A program made the position numbers and the translations under genes. Shown in pieces: positions 29,749 to 40,092 of a stretch of 64,000 nucleotides of DNA. Within the stretch, counting starts at the first letter, position 1, and each line of letters starts with the position of its first letter. The notes beneath the pieces are model-generated. The model saw only the letters and a program-made list of their open reading frames with translations. It was not told the origin of the DNA and did not search any database. Source of the stretch: Candidatus Latescibacterota bacterium (GTDB lineage: Bacteria; Latescibacterota; UBA2968); assembly GCA_965207885.1 (NCBI GenBank), contig OZ242311.1:4096001-4160000 (forward strand), in the 5' to 3' direction.

Positions 29749-30348
29749 ATGAACACAGTTACCCAAACCGAGACCGATGTAGCCCTGCGCACCAGAGCAC
29801 TCGAATCGCTCCTGATCGAAAAGGGATTGATTACAACAGAAATTATAGACGAAGTCGTGGAAAAATACGAAAAAGACGTAGGTCCCCTCAACGGTGCCAG
29901 AGTGGTTGCCCGCGCCTGGACCGATCCGGACTACAAGCGACGGCTAATAGAAGATGGCAGTTCGGCAATTGCCGAACTGGGGTTTGACAGCGCGCAGGGT
30001 GCCAAAATCGTCGTACTGGAAAACACATCAAGTGTCCACCATCTCGTCGTCTGCACCCTTTGCTCTTGTTATCCCTGGTCCGTACTCGGCTTGCCCCCGA
30101 ACTGGTATAAATCCTACGCGTACCGCTCGCGAGCCGTGCGAGAACCGAGAGCCGTCTTGCGAGAATTCGACCTCGACCTGTCCGACGCCGTAGAAATCCG
30201 CGTATGGGACAGCAACTCGGACCTCCGTTACATGGTCCTACCCGAACGTCCTACCGGCACAGAAGACTACACCGAAGAACAACTCATACCTCTTGTCACA
30301 CGCGACTCAATGATCGGCGTCGCCAAAATCGAATCGCCCTCAAAGTGA
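29749..30348 (+). CDS. nthA: Nitrile hydratase alpha subunit, cobalt type
   Basis: [11 protein letters not shown] metal motif (Thr/Tyr = Co-type), [19 protein letters not shown]. Confidence 0.97.
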   Translation: MNTVTQTETDVALRTRALESLLIEKGLITTEIIDEVVEKYEKDVGPLNGARVVARAWTDPDYKRRLIEDGSSAIAELGFDSAQGAKIVVLENTSSVHHLVVCTLCSCYPWSVLGLPPNWYKSYAYRSRAVREPRAVLREFDLDLSDAVEIRVWDSNSDLRYMVLPERPTGTEDYTEEQLIPLVTRDSMIGVAKIESPSK

Positions 30349-30355
30349 AGCCGAA

Positions 30356-30712
30356 ATGACGCAAAAAACCGACAAAAATATCGCCACCATGGAAACAAAA
30401 AACGCCCTGCCCAGAGAAAATGGAGAACTCGTTTTTCAAGCACCCTGGGAAGCACGCGCTTTCGGCCTTGCCGTTGCACTCAACGAAAAAAACCTCTACG
30501 AATGGCGGGAGTTCAGTTCCCAATTGGCTTCGGAAATCGCAACAGCAGAACAAAACAACAACCCATCGAGCTACTATTTCCGATGGGTCGCATCCCTCGA
30601 AGAACTGCTCATTGATCGGGGCTTGATCAGCCGGGAACAACTGGACGCCAGAACAGCGGAATACGCCATTCACGACGATCACGATCATCACGACCATCAT
30701 CACGACCGCTAA
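30356..30712 (+). CDS. Nitrile hydratase accessory (activator) protein with His-rich tail
   Basis: VFQAPWEARAFGLAVAL, YYFRWVASLE, HDDHDHHDHHHDR. Confidence 0.92.
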   Translation: MTQKTDKNIATMETKNALPRENGELVFQAPWEARAFGLAVALNEKNLYEWREFSSQLASEIATAEQNNNPSSYYFRWVASLEELLIDRGLISREQLDARTAEYAIHDDHDHHDHHHDR

Positions 30713-30733
30713 AATTTACAACCAGCAAACCAG

Positions 30734-30767
30734 AAAGGGTTACGCCATCTCGACGTAACCCTTTTTT
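30734..30767 (+). terminator. Rho-independent terminator of nth operon
   Basis: AAAGGGTTACGCC-ATCTC-GACGTAACCCTTTTTT. Confidence 0.85.
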
Positions 30768-30850
30768 ACTATTAACTTTACTGGCGTTGTGCCCAGCGTA
30801 TGCCTATGCTGTGAGCCTTCTCAAATTACGCGCTCTTCTTTTGATTTTTC

Positions 30851-30879
30851 CATCTGCGTTCATCTGCGTTCATCTGTGG
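30851..30879. repeat. Decamer tandem repeat (CATCTGCGTT)x2 + CATCTGTGG
   Basis: Direct reading; lies 10 nt beyond the sulfatase stop. Confidence 0.75.
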
Positions 30880-30888
30880 ATGCTTTTT

Positions 30889-32325
30889 TCAACGCTCTCG
30901 CCCAGACACAAACAAATCGTAAGAATTTGACTGCCAGCCGCCATCATTTACAATCCCATCGTTGGTATCTCTCAGCCATTCGACCATGCGATCCTTCATG
31001 CGTCTGAGCACATGTTTGTACCCCAGCTTAGGCGCCAAATTGTGCAACTCCCCGGGATCACTCTCCAGGTCGTAGAGTTCATCCTCACTACACGGATTGT
31101 AGATATACTTCCACTTTCTGGTCTGCACCATCCGAATCGTACACAGCGCAGGCTCGTACCCGTGATGCTCTGCAAAAATATCCTCTCGCCAATCCGACGG
31201 TGTCTCCCCGCGCAGCAAGGGCAATAAAGAACACCCATCGACCTTATCGGGAATATCCACGCCCGCTATCTCGAGAAACGTCGGCATCATATCGACCAAA
31301 CTCACAAAATCATCGCAAACATGATTGGGTTCAACAACACCCGGCCAACGGATCGCCAATGGAATCTGGTGCGTCTCGTTGTACATATTCATCATCTTAT
31401 TAAACAAACGGTGACTGCCCAGCATATCGCCGTGATCCGAACTGTACACAATCATCGTATTGTCCAGCTGCCCCACGCGTTCCAAAGCATGCAGAACGCG
31501 CTGCACCTGATCATCGATAAACGTACAGTATCCCCAATAGGTCGCGATCACCTTCTGCCAATCTTGCCAGGTCAAATGGCTGGCATTCCACCTGAGCATC
31601 TCCTTTTGTTGGACACTCGGTTTATCGACAAACTGCTCGTCAAAATTGATCCAGCGCGCCACAGTATCGGGATCGTACATGGTATCATACGGTTCCGGCA
31701 CACAATAGGGAAAATGTGGACCAAAAAAACTGCTACAAATCATAAAGGGTTTATCGCCCCCACAAAATCCCTCAATCAGATCAATCGTCCTATCAGCAGT
31801 CCAGTGCTCCTGCATATACTCGGCGGGCAACTGCGACCGACCGCAAAAAGGCGCGTCACCCCCCCATTCCATGCGCTGAACCTCCTGAGCATATCCCCAA
31901 TCAAAACCCGCATCGCGCACACTCTGGTTCCAATCGCGCGTCCTATGCCACGGATCAAACCCCCAAAACTCGCTATCGCCCTCCCTGGGCAAATGCCACT
32001 TCCCCACATAACCGACATTATAACCCGCGTCAGATAAAATCTGCGGATAGGCGGGCTTATCCAGAATATTCAAATCAAAAGCCCGATTAAAATTACCCAT
32101 ATTCGATAGCTGCCCATGATTGTGTGGAAACATCCCCGTAAGCAGCGAACCGCGTGCAGGAGAGCAAAGAGCGATGGGCGTATAAGCCCGGCAAAAACGC
32201 ATGCCCTCTCTGGCAATGCGATCAATCGCCGGCGTCTTGCACACCGCATTGCCATTAAATCCCAGCGAATCATAGCGCTGCATATCGGTAAGCAAAAAAA
32301 GGATATTGGGTCTCTCCGTGTTCAT
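30889..32325 (-). CDS. Sulfatase (Cys-type)
   Basis: PNILFLLTD, CSPARGSLLTG, VGKWHL, GPHFP, SDHGDMLGSH, ELYDLESDPGE. Confidence 0.95.
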   Translation of the reverse strand: MNTERPNILFLLTDMQRYDSLGFNGNAVCKTPAIDRIAREGMRFCRAYTPIALCSPARGSLLTGMFPHNHGQLSNMGNFNRAFDLNILDKPAYPQILSDAGYNVGYVGKWHLPREGDSEFWGFDPWHRTRDWNQSVRDAGFDWGYAQEVQRMEWGGDAPFCGRSQLPAEYMQEHWTADRTIDLIEGFCGGDKPFMICSSFFGPHFPYCVPEPYDTMYDPDTVARWINFDEQFVDKPSVQQKEMLRWNASHLTWQDWQKVIATYWGYCTFIDDQVQRVLHALERVGQLDNTMIVYSSDHGDMLGSHRLFNKMMNMYNETHQIPLAIRWPGVVEPNHVCDDFVSLVDMMPTFLEIAGVDIPDKVDGCSLLPLLRGETPSDWREDIFAEHHGYEPALCTIRMVQTRKWKYIYNPCSEDELYDLESDPGELHNLAPKLGYKHVLRRMKDRMVEWLRDTNDGIVNDGGWQSNSYDLFVSGRER

Positions 32326-32352
32326 ATCAACCTCCTGATCATTTATCACTAA

Positions 32353-33593
32353 TTAATTTTTACCCCTCTGAAAACAAATCCAAAACAAAAACGCTCCTAT
32401 TCCCGTGAACACAGCCCCGGTCAAAAAAAGGCTCGAATATCCCGCAACCGGGATCATATACCCACCGCCCAGAGCCATTGCCGAATAGCCCATTCCCGAC
32501 ATCATAGCAGTCGCTCCCGACATGGCAGTACGCCAGCGCACGGGCACCAATTCCTGATGAAAAATGGCAAAAGCCGAGCGGCGTATCGAAGCCATCGCCA
32601 TAATCCCCATCAGACAAACCCCCGCAACAATCCAATTTGAAACCAGCGCCATAAAAAAAAGAAAAACAGCTGTAAAAATCGTTACCAGAACCACTGTCCG
32701 ACGAATGCCTAAACGCGCAGAGAAAAACGGAAGAGACAGCGCAGCCGGAACAGCGAGCAACTGCCCGCGGCGAGTTGTACACTGATAAGAGAAAGACTGA
32801 TATTGAGCCCTTCATCCATATAAACATTAAAAAATGTTCGCGCAGCCGCTTCGCCGGCAACGTGGAGAACGGAAATCAGTGCGGTAATAACAATGGCCGC
32901 AAGAGGAAGCACAGGCGCATTGGACACATCGCTATTATTCCCCTCTTCCCGCTTGCGTTCAACCTGAACATCCTGCGTGGCAAGCAGTGCGAAAACCGCC
33001 GGAATCAAACAAAGCACCCCGATGAACAGCGTATAGCGGTAAACGACCGGCTGCGCGAGTGAAACATCGAGCACATCTGCCAAATAATCCGGAACAACGC
33101 CCCCCAACATACTCCCGACAAATCCCGAAAATGGCATCAGCGCGGCCTGCACGGCAAAAACCGGATCGCGCTCAACCGGACTCGTAATGCCCATCAAATA
33201 AGGCGTGCCATTCACAATAAACAGCGCAATACCCATCACGCCGAGCGAATAAGAAATTAAAATAAAATAATCGCGCGTGCCGGAAGAAATCAACTCCGCC
33301 TGTGAAAGCAATCCAAAACCCGCCACAGCCACACAAATCCCAACAACCATCGTAAACCGACTGCCCCAGCGCCCACCCAGCATCCCGCTGGGCAAACTGG
33401 ACAGGGCAAAACAAAGTGCCCCCGTCGCATTGGCCAACCCCACAAATTGAGTATTATACCCCAGGCGCAACAAATAGAGATTGTACAAAAGGGGATAAAT
33501 ACCACCAAAAAGGACAAAACCAAACAGCGCATTAGCCATTAAATAGAGGCGCACATCGCGGGAAAAATGCACATTTGCAAAGAGAATAGGCAT
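32353..33593 (-). pseudogene. MFS transporter, frameshifted
   Basis: Two consecutive ORFs (33593-32709 and 32760-32353) form one MFS protein if one base is restored near 32765 (VQLAAG|QLLAVP). Confidence 0.8.
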
Positions 33594-33610
33594 CTGGATC
33601 AGGATGTTCA

Positions 33611-33640
33611 GAGCTTGCACTGGAGTGGTTCTATCCAGTG
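33611..33640 (+). repeat. Related hairpin element inside an AGGATGTTCAGGATG repeat
   Basis: AGGATGTTCA-GAGCTTGCACTGGAGTGGTTCTATCCAGT-GATGAAAGGATGTTCAGGATG. Confidence 0.7.
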
Positions 33641-33665
33641 ATGAAAGGATGTTCAGGATGACCGG

Positions 33666-34883
33666 CTACTGATTTCTACCCGAACCGAGCTTTTGCCATG
33701 CCGCAGGTAGATTGCCTTGCAGGAGTTCGCTTTTCATGCGGATATGTGCGGTATCTCGGTCCGCTGTATGTGCAGCCCAAAAAGTGCTATCTCGCGTGGT
33801 TGCCTCTGGCAGAATCACAATTTCCGGCGCCTCAAAAATTGCGGGTGGCAAATCCGCATTGAGATCATAGCGATAGCAACGCGTTGTCGCTTGCGCGGTA
33901 TAATCGCGTGTCTTAATCGTACAAATTTGGCGCGAGGGCAACCAGTACTCGTTGAGATATCGCGTATTTTGCTGATAAACCTGCCAGTGATCTATGCCGC
34001 GCAATTGCAAGAGCGCGGGAAAATTGAGACGCAGGTCATAGCCTACAAGTGAAAAGTCATCGCGGGCGATCCACAAATCGCCGAGCAAGCCCGGCTTGTG
34101 CCCGTGCCGCGGCGACACACCAATGCGCGAAACGTGAAGATCGCCCACTTGCACTGTGGAAATGCGTTCATAATGGTAGTGTTCAAGCGCGTCGGACGAT
34201 AGGGGATGCGGCGCGATTTCAAAGGATTTATCATCTACAATACCCCGTGCAGGACTTTGCGTGAGACCCGGCGAAACACTCAACCGCCACTTGCCCCAAT
34301 TGCGTATGCCCGTAATATGCTGCGCGAGACTATCGGGGGGTTGGTAATAGCCTTTAATCGTATATTCAATACCCGCAACGACTTCTTCTGTTTTGCGGTT
34401 GATCACCTTCTGGCTACTGTACGCATCAAATGCATAAGTATCCATATTTGCGTAACCAGTGTGGAGATATTCGAAGCGGGTATTCGCGATCAGGAGGCGG
34501 ATCAGATCGGGTGCTGAGATGTCCTGCACTGTGGTTTCCTCGCGCAGGAGTATAGGGATGGGTAAAAGTGAAAGTTCCAGCGTGGAGATCAAACCGCGCG
34601 AAAGCACGAGAGTCGTATCTGATGGGGCATACCCCTGGCGACGCGCCTGAACGTGTGCGATCCCCGGCGCGAGTCCTTCTATCTCAATGCGCCCGTGTAG
34701 ATCGGTAATGTGAACGCGGGGAAATTCGCCCGATCGACGGATAACAACAGTGGCATAAGGCAGGCTTGCACCTGTATCGGCATCGCGACACTGCGCGTCG
34801 AGAACAGATGTTGAATCAGTCTGGGCAAGTGAGATTGAAGGCCAGAGAAAAACAGAAAAAAAAAGAGGCAAAAAGCGGATCAT
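33666..34883 (-). CDS. Secreted protein with carboxypeptidase-regulatory-like N-domain (DUF5686-like)
   Basis: Signal peptide, DADTGASLPYATV..TDLHG, PLSSDALEHYHY, G.LWI..DDFSL, RDSTFW. Confidence 0.7.
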   Translation of the reverse strand: MIRFLPLFFSVFLWPSISLAQTDSTSVLDAQCRDADTGASLPYATVVIRRSGEFPRVHITDLHGRIEIEGLAPGIAHVQARRQGYAPSDTTLVLSRGLISTLELSLLPIPILLREETTVQDISAPDLIRLLIANTRFEYLHTGYANMDTYAFDAYSSQKVINRKTEEVVAGIEYTIKGYYQPPDSLAQHITGIRNWGKWRLSVSPGLTQSPARGIVDDKSFEIAPHPLSSDALEHYHYERISTVQVGDLHVSRIGVSPRHGHKPGLLGDLWIARDDFSLVGYDLRLNFPALLQLRGIDHWQVYQQNTRYLNEYWLPSRQICTIKTRDYTAQATTRCYRYDLNADLPPAIFEAPEIVILPEATTRDSTFWAAHTADRDTAHIRMKSELLQGNLPAAWQKLGSGRNQ

Positions 34884-35971
34884 TGTTTTTTGCCGCGCGC
34901 GAGAATATCCCACACGACTTCGACGCGGTCATCGCGCGTGCCGTAGATTTGATCGTGCAAAAATACGGTCATGTCGGAATACCCGGAAATAAATTGAATT
35001 TTATCGCCAATTTTTAGATCGCTATTCGTCAGGCTGAGTAAGGCGTGTTCTGCCGCCAGACCAGTTACGACAACATCTGTTCGGTCTTTGACCTCGGGCA
35101 ATGAAGGATGGCTACTCGTCGTCTTGCGCCCAGCATCGGCAACTGCGCGGTCGGGAGCCGCGCGACTGATAACCGTGGTCAGCACGGAAAGCGCGTGTTC
35201 CAAACCGCGAACATGGAGGCCATCGCGATAATAAGTATCCATAAAAATGCCCCCGCCGGCCTGTATCTCAGTAATACCGGGAAAATCGGGAGTAAATGCG
35301 AGCGTACCCGTACCGCCCGCACTGACAATACCCACGCATAACCCCGCATTCTCGATGAGATTGCGCGTCTTTGACAATTCCCCTACCGCCTTCTTGCAGG
35401 CGGCTTCTTTGGCGGCATCATCCAAAGACATTGCATGGCCTTCGTAACCCATAATCCCCGCAAAAACCACACCGGGCGCGGCATTAGCCTGCTGTGCCAG
35501 CGCAAGGGTTGGGGCTCCCGACGGCACGCCACAGCGTTTCATGCCAACATCTACTTCAACAAGCACGCGCACGTTGACCCCAACATCTGTGGCCGCGTCA
35601 CTTATCGCGCGGATATGAACGGGATCGTCAACCGCCACCATAACATCTGCGCGGCGGCGCAGGTGGACCAGACGCGCGACTTTTTCTCGCCCAACAACTT
35701 GATTGGCGACGAGTATATCCGAAATACCGGCATCTGCCAGTACCTCGGCTTCACCGAGTTTGGCACAGGTAATGCCAATAGCACCTGCACACAGTTGTTT
35801 GTGGGCAATAGCGGGCGTTTTGTGGCCCTTGGCATGGGGCCGCCAGTGCAACCCGCTATCTCGACATCGAGCCGCCATCTTCTGGATATTATTTTCCATC
35901 TTATCCAGATCAATGAGCAACGCGGGCGTATCGAGCATCTGTATGGATTGACCAATTGGAGAATAGGGCAT
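34880..35971 (-). CDS. DSD1/D-threonine-aldolase-like PLP enzyme (alanine racemase fold)
   Basis: LDTPALLID, WRPHAKGHK, CAKLGEAE, DVGMKRCG, MGYEGH, SAGGTG, DAGRK, AEH. Confidence 0.92.
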   Translation of the reverse strand: MPYSPIGQSIQMLDTPALLIDLDKMENNIQKMAARCRDSGLHWRPHAKGHKTPAIAHKQLCAGAIGITCAKLGEAEVLADAGISDILVANQVVGREKVARLVHLRRRADVMVAVDDPVHIRAISDAATDVGVNVRVLVEVDVGMKRCGVPSGAPTLALAQQANAAPGVVFAGIMGYEGHAMSLDDAAKEAACKKAVGELSKTRNLIENAGLCVGIVSAGGTGTLAFTPDFPGITEIQAGGGIFMDTYYRDGLHVRGLEHALSVLTTVISRAAPDRAVADAGRKTTSSHPSLPEVKDRTDVVVTGLAAEHALLSLTNSDLKIGDKIQFISGYSDMTVFLHDQIYGTRDDRVEVVWDILARGKKQ

Positions 35972-35990
35972 AATGGACCTTCTAACTTTC

Positions 35991-37004
35991 TCACCCGAGA
36001 TGAATATTGCTATCCCGCCACTCAGAAAGCGGAGGCAAAATACCGTCGTCAATAGTCTGGTCTCGCAACGCAGTCAGATGGGCGTAGGATTCGCGCAGAG
36101 CATTGATATCGTCTTCAGTGCCTTCGGGCAGGGACCAGTTCACACCCGAAGCAGACAGAGTCACAGGCATAGCCATCATAATATTGTCAAATTCCCCATC
36201 ATTAAGATATGCACCGCAGGGCCAATCATAAGACTCGCCCACCAGAACACCGCGCAGCATAAAAACGCTTTGTTGTGCCGGCGATTGAAACGAAGAACGC
36301 CCGCGCAGATCGATAATGCGAGCGCCTCCCCCTCGCACATGTTCTTGAACACCGGTCCATTCATCGGCACTCATGCCAACGCCATTGACGGTCTCTCCAT
36401 TGAGAATCTCCGTGAGAGGCGTGCCATCAATCTGAATACCACCAATAAACACGGCCATCTGTTCACCGTGCCCCCCGTACGTGCGGCAACCAGTGACTTT
36501 GCTTTGCAAAATATCGAAATGTTGTGCCAGTCGGGTTTGCAAGCGCGTGCTATCGAGCGCGGCGAGAGTCGTCACGCGCCCGGGTTCGAGTCCCGAATGT
36601 ACCAATGTAGTCAGCCCCGTAATGTCGGCGGGATTAAAAATAATGATGACAAACTTACAGTTGGAACAATACTGTTTGATATCGAGGCCGAGTTGTTTGG
36701 CAATTTCTGCATTATCGCGTCGCAAGTCTTCGCGGGTCATGCCTTCTTTGCGCGGCGCACCGCCCGAGCTAATAACATAAGAAGCACCTGCAAGTGCTTC
36801 GGCAGCATCGGTTGTCCACGTAACATCGGCATTGGGAAAACCGCAGTGATAAACCTCCTCGGCCGCACCTTCAAGCCCAGGCGCAAAAGGATCGTACATA
36901 GATACGCGAGACGCCGTGCCCGAAGACAGGAGCGTTTGCGCAAGGTTAGAACCAATGGCGCCTGCCGCGCCCATTACGGCAACTTTTTCATCTGTCAGGT
37001 ACAT
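35991..37004 (-). CDS. mdh: Malate dehydrogenase (LDH/MDH family)
   Basis: GAAGAIGS, GAPRKEGMTREDL, FNPAD, LDSTR, GGHGE, RGRSSFQSP. Confidence 0.88.
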   Translation of the reverse strand: MYLTDEKVAVMGAAGAIGSNLAQTLLSSGTASRVSMYDPFAPGLEGAAEEVYHCGFPNADVTWTTDAAEALAGASYVISSGGAPRKEGMTREDLRRDNAEIAKQLGLDIKQYCSNCKFVIIIFNPADITGLTTLVHSGLEPGRVTTLAALDSTRLQTRLAQHFDILQSKVTGCRTYGGHGEQMAVFIGGIQIDGTPLTEILNGETVNGVGMSADEWTGVQEHVRGGGARIIDLRGRSSFQSPAQQSVFMLRGVLVGESYDWPCGAYLNDGEFDNIMMAMPVTLSASGVNWSLPEGTEDDINALRESYAHLTALRDQTIDDGILPPLSEWRDSNIHLG

Positions 37005-37032
37005 CGATACTCCTCTTTCTGGTGATGATTGA

Positions 37033-37062
37033 GAAAACCCCGCACTTTTGTACGGGGTTTTC
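37033..37062. terminator. Hairpin terminator after the TPR gene
   Basis: GAAAACCCCG-CACTTTTGTA-CGGGGTTTTC. Confidence 0.65.
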
Positions 37063-37120
37063 GGGTTTGAATTATTTGTCTAAATACCCACTGTGGTTAG
37101 AACGAAACGCGATTGATCAT

Positions 37121-38302
37121 CTACTCCTGATTTTGAAGCGCCTCGTACATCTGAAATGCCTCAGTTGCTTTTTTCACACATTCTGCGGCAACTTCACCTT
37201 CCGATACTTCTGATTTGCGCGCATAAACGCGAGACAACGCCGCCCATGCTCTGGCATTACTCGCCTGCAACTCGGTCACTTTTGTAAAAGCGTCAATAGC
37301 TCTATCATAAGCATCTATTTTATCTGCGAGCAGACCAAGCTGGTACCACGCATCGGCGTCAGTCGGATTTGCTTCAACGCTTTTTGCAAACAGATCAAGT
37401 GCTTTATCGCCTTTGTCGAGTTGCTTATACGCAATAGCGAGATTGAACAGCGCGTCCATATTATCGGGTTGTATCTCAACCACTTTTTCGAGAATTGCGG
37501 CAGATTTTTCGTAGTTCTCTGCCTGCAAATAAATGGTCGCGGCAATATTTAAAATTTTGGGATCATCACCGGCAATAGCCAGTGCTTTCTCCGCTGATTC
37601 CGCCGCGCCTTCTTTGTCGCCCAGTCGATATTGGGCAATCGACATGTGCTGCAAAATATTGATTTCTTCGGGATCAATCTCATGGCCCTTTTTGAACGCT
37701 TCAAGTGCTTCTTCGATCCGTTCGACATTCATAAGCGCGCCGCCCAAATTGAAAAAGGACTGCGCTTTTTTGGGATTGAGTTCAATCGCCTTCTGATACA
37801 TCTCAATACCCGCTTCTGAACTGCCCATATTGAGATGCGTAATAGCCAGCCCTTCATAAGCGTCGGCTTCATTGGGATTAATCGTAATGGCGAGATCGAA
37901 TTGCTCAATGGCAAAATCGAACCTCTGGGCATTCATCCCCTTGACGGCCATGTTGTAATACCGCGTCCAGTAATCTTTGCGATCGCTATCGACTTTCCTT
38001 TTCCACTTTCTGTCCGTTACCAGATTATAGTGCTCATTCATCTCTTCAAAAAGCTCTTTCTGGCCGTATAGCCAACCCAAATAATACTGCACCTCGGAAT
38101 CGTCGGGACGTCCTTCCGCCGCGATCATATACTGTTCCATCGCCTTGTCGTATTGGCGCTGGTTGATATACAATTTGCCCGAGCGTTTGGCTACTGAAGC
38201 CTGTCCTTTGGTCACTTTTGCCTCTGCGGTCTGTACGAACAATGGTGTCGCAGCAAAGGCCAGTGCAAGGGCAACAATAAATCCGCGCTTAAAAAATGTC
38301 AT
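37121..38302 (-). CDS. Secreted TPR-repeat protein
   Basis: Signal peptide (AEA), multiple 34-aa TPR motifs. Confidence 0.9.
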   Translation of the reverse strand: MTFFKRGFIVALALAFAATPLFVQTAEAKVTKGQASVAKRSGKLYINQRQYDKAMEQYMIAAEGRPDDSEVQYYLGWLYGQKELFEEMNEHYNLVTDRKWKRKVDSDRKDYWTRYYNMAVKGMNAQRFDFAIEQFDLAITINPNEADAYEGLAITHLNMGSSEAGIEMYQKAIELNPKKAQSFFNLGGALMNVERIEEALEAFKKGHEIDPEEINILQHMSIAQYRLGDKEGAAESAEKALAIAGDDPKILNIAATIYLQAENYEKSAAILEKVVEIQPDNMDALFNLAIAYKQLDKGDKALDLFAKSVEANPTDADAWYQLGLLADKIDAYDRAIDAFTKVTELQASNARAWAALSRVYARKSEVSEGEVAAECVKKATEAFQMYEALQNQE

Positions 38303-38369
38303 GGGAATCTTCCTTTCTCAACGCAACCGGCGCGTTCCGGCAGCAGGTTAAATGACAATGCACACCGCC

Positions 38370-38398
38370 AATATATGCAGTGTGTAAAATCCTGTCAA
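38370..38398 (-). promoter_or_regulatory. sigma70-like promoter of the TPR gene
   Basis: TTGACA-N17-TATATT on the minus strand. Confidence 0.6.
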
Positions 38399-38438
38399 GT
38401 CTCTGCGCGAAGGCGCAAACTGCACGCCGCTATTACCC

Positions 38439-38624
38439 TTATTGTTCCGATAGAAGCGTGCCGCCTCGCGCCCAGTGATCGCGGGAAATATCTTCGATAA
38501 CGACCATCGTCCCATCGGCTTTGGCATCGCAAATATTGACCATCGCATCGGTAATAGCTCTGGCGAGTTCGCGTTTTTGCTCGTGCGTGCGGCCTTCGAG
38601 CATTTTAACATTAATGAAAGGCAT
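38439..38624 (-). CDS. 4-oxalocrotonate tautomerase family protein
   Basis: Catalytic Pro1 (MPFINV), GRTHEQKR, WARGG; 61 aa; GGAGG RBS. Confidence 0.92.
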   Translation of the reverse strand: MPFINVKMLEGRTHEQKRELARAITDAMVNICDAKADGTMVVIEDISRDHWARGGTLLSEQ

Positions 38625-38635
38625 AGTACCTCCTT

Positions 38636-39967
38636 TTAAAAAATAATCAGTTCTGGACTCTGCAACCTGGGAACCGCGGGTTTGGACGCGCCAAAGGAAA
38701 AAGCAACCGGCAAGCTAAAGCCGCGGATAGTACCCAGGGTTCTATTATCTTCGAGATCGACAATATAGACCTGTAAATTGCCCGTTGAAGCCAAACTTTC
38801 AAGGCTTTCGACACCAGCGACATAGACCGTCTTACCGTCGGGTTTAAGGCCGATATTGCCCACGATTACACCGACAAAAATTTCGGCGGTTTGTCTCCAT
38901 GTTTGTGTATCGATAACCACAATACCTCCCCAGAACGCGGGCACGGAATTGCCCAACGCATCAAAGCCCAAAAAGATTCGGTAGAGAGATACGACAAGGC
39001 GCGTGCCATCTGCGGAAAGCGCGATATCGCGAACTTCAATGTCCAGATCATTGGCCTGACCGAGCGTGAGGCTATCGGCAATCGCTTTGGTGCTGGTATT
39101 GACTTTGAGCACGCGGCCTGCACGAGTGTTGTTGAGATAAAGGCTTTGTCCATCGGGCGAGACGGCCAATCGACTGACGGTTTGGCCCACAGAGATACTG
39201 TCGATCAGCGCTGGAATACCCGTATCAATAACAGACACGGCATTTGTAGCATTGCCGTGCCCAACATAGAGACGCGCGCCATCGGGCGAGATAGCAATGC
39301 CACGGGGCGTGGGCGGAACATCGATGATGTCCAGGGGCTGACCTGCAAGTACATCAAAAACTTCGACTGTAGCCCCCTCTTCTTCGGTCACGTATGCAAA
39401 CTGGTGATCGGGTGAAAGCGCAATGTGAAAACCGCCCCGACTCGTAAATCCTCCGCCAGGTGCGACTGGCATTTCGAGTGAGAGTTGAAAATCGGGGATC
39501 CCATCTTCAGTAAATGCGTGGAAGGTATCTCTACCTGCCACATAAAGTCGCTTGTTGATATTGGAAAACGCGATACCCCGCGGAAAATCGGCGGAAAACG
39601 TTCGGCTGGGATCGAGCAAATTAGTCGAAGTATCGATAACTCGGATATTGGCACCTAGAACATCGCTAATATAAAGAAATCGAGGCTCGGGTCCTGCCGG
39701 TGGAGTCGTCGGACTTGAAGACCCGCCAAAAGCATTGACAAAAAGCAGAAAGTCCGAAAAGTCGATTGTGCCATTGCCGTCGAGGTCGAGTTTTTCATTG
39801 AAATCATCCTGACCGGCAGACTTGCCAAAACCCTGAGCAAACGCCAGAAAATCAGTAAAATCAACGGTGCCATTGCCATCAAAATCAGCGGATTTTGTTT
39901 CCTGGGCATCGAGCAGTGGAGCTATCAAAATTAGTGTGAGAGACAATACAATCGCGGTATATTTCAT
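38636..39967 (-). CDS. Secreted EF-hand/dockerin-like + YVTN/YncE beta-propeller protein
   Basis: DFDGNGTVDFTDFL and DLDGNGTIDFSDFL; repeated SPDG..LYV blades. Confidence 0.8.
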   Translation of the reverse strand: MKYTAIVLSLTLILIAPLLDAQETKSADFDGNGTVDFTDFLAFAQGFGKSAGQDDFNEKLDLDGNGTIDFSDFLLFVNAFGGSSSPTTPPAGPEPRFLYISDVLGANIRVIDTSTNLLDPSRTFSADFPRGIAFSNINKRLYVAGRDTFHAFTEDGIPDFQLSLEMPVAPGGGFTSRGGFHIALSPDHQFAYVTEEEGATVEVFDVLAGQPLDIIDVPPTPRGIAISPDGARLYVGHGNATNAVSVIDTGIPALIDSISVGQTVSRLAVSPDGQSLYLNNTRAGRVLKVNTSTKAIADSLTLGQANDLDIEVRDIALSADGTRLVVSLYRIFLGFDALGNSVPAFWGGIVVIDTQTWRQTAEIFVGVIVGNIGLKPDGKTVYVAGVESLESLASTGNLQVYIVDLEDNRTLGTIRGFSLPVAFSFGASKPAVPRLQSPELIIF

Positions 39968-40092
39968 AATATTTCCTTTTTGAAGGGTACTTATGATACA
40001 TTTGACCGTTGAGGCTGTCAATCTGAATTGATTACATTTTGGGACGCTTTCCTTTGGCTTATAGTTCCCGGTTCTAAATAAAAGGAGATATT

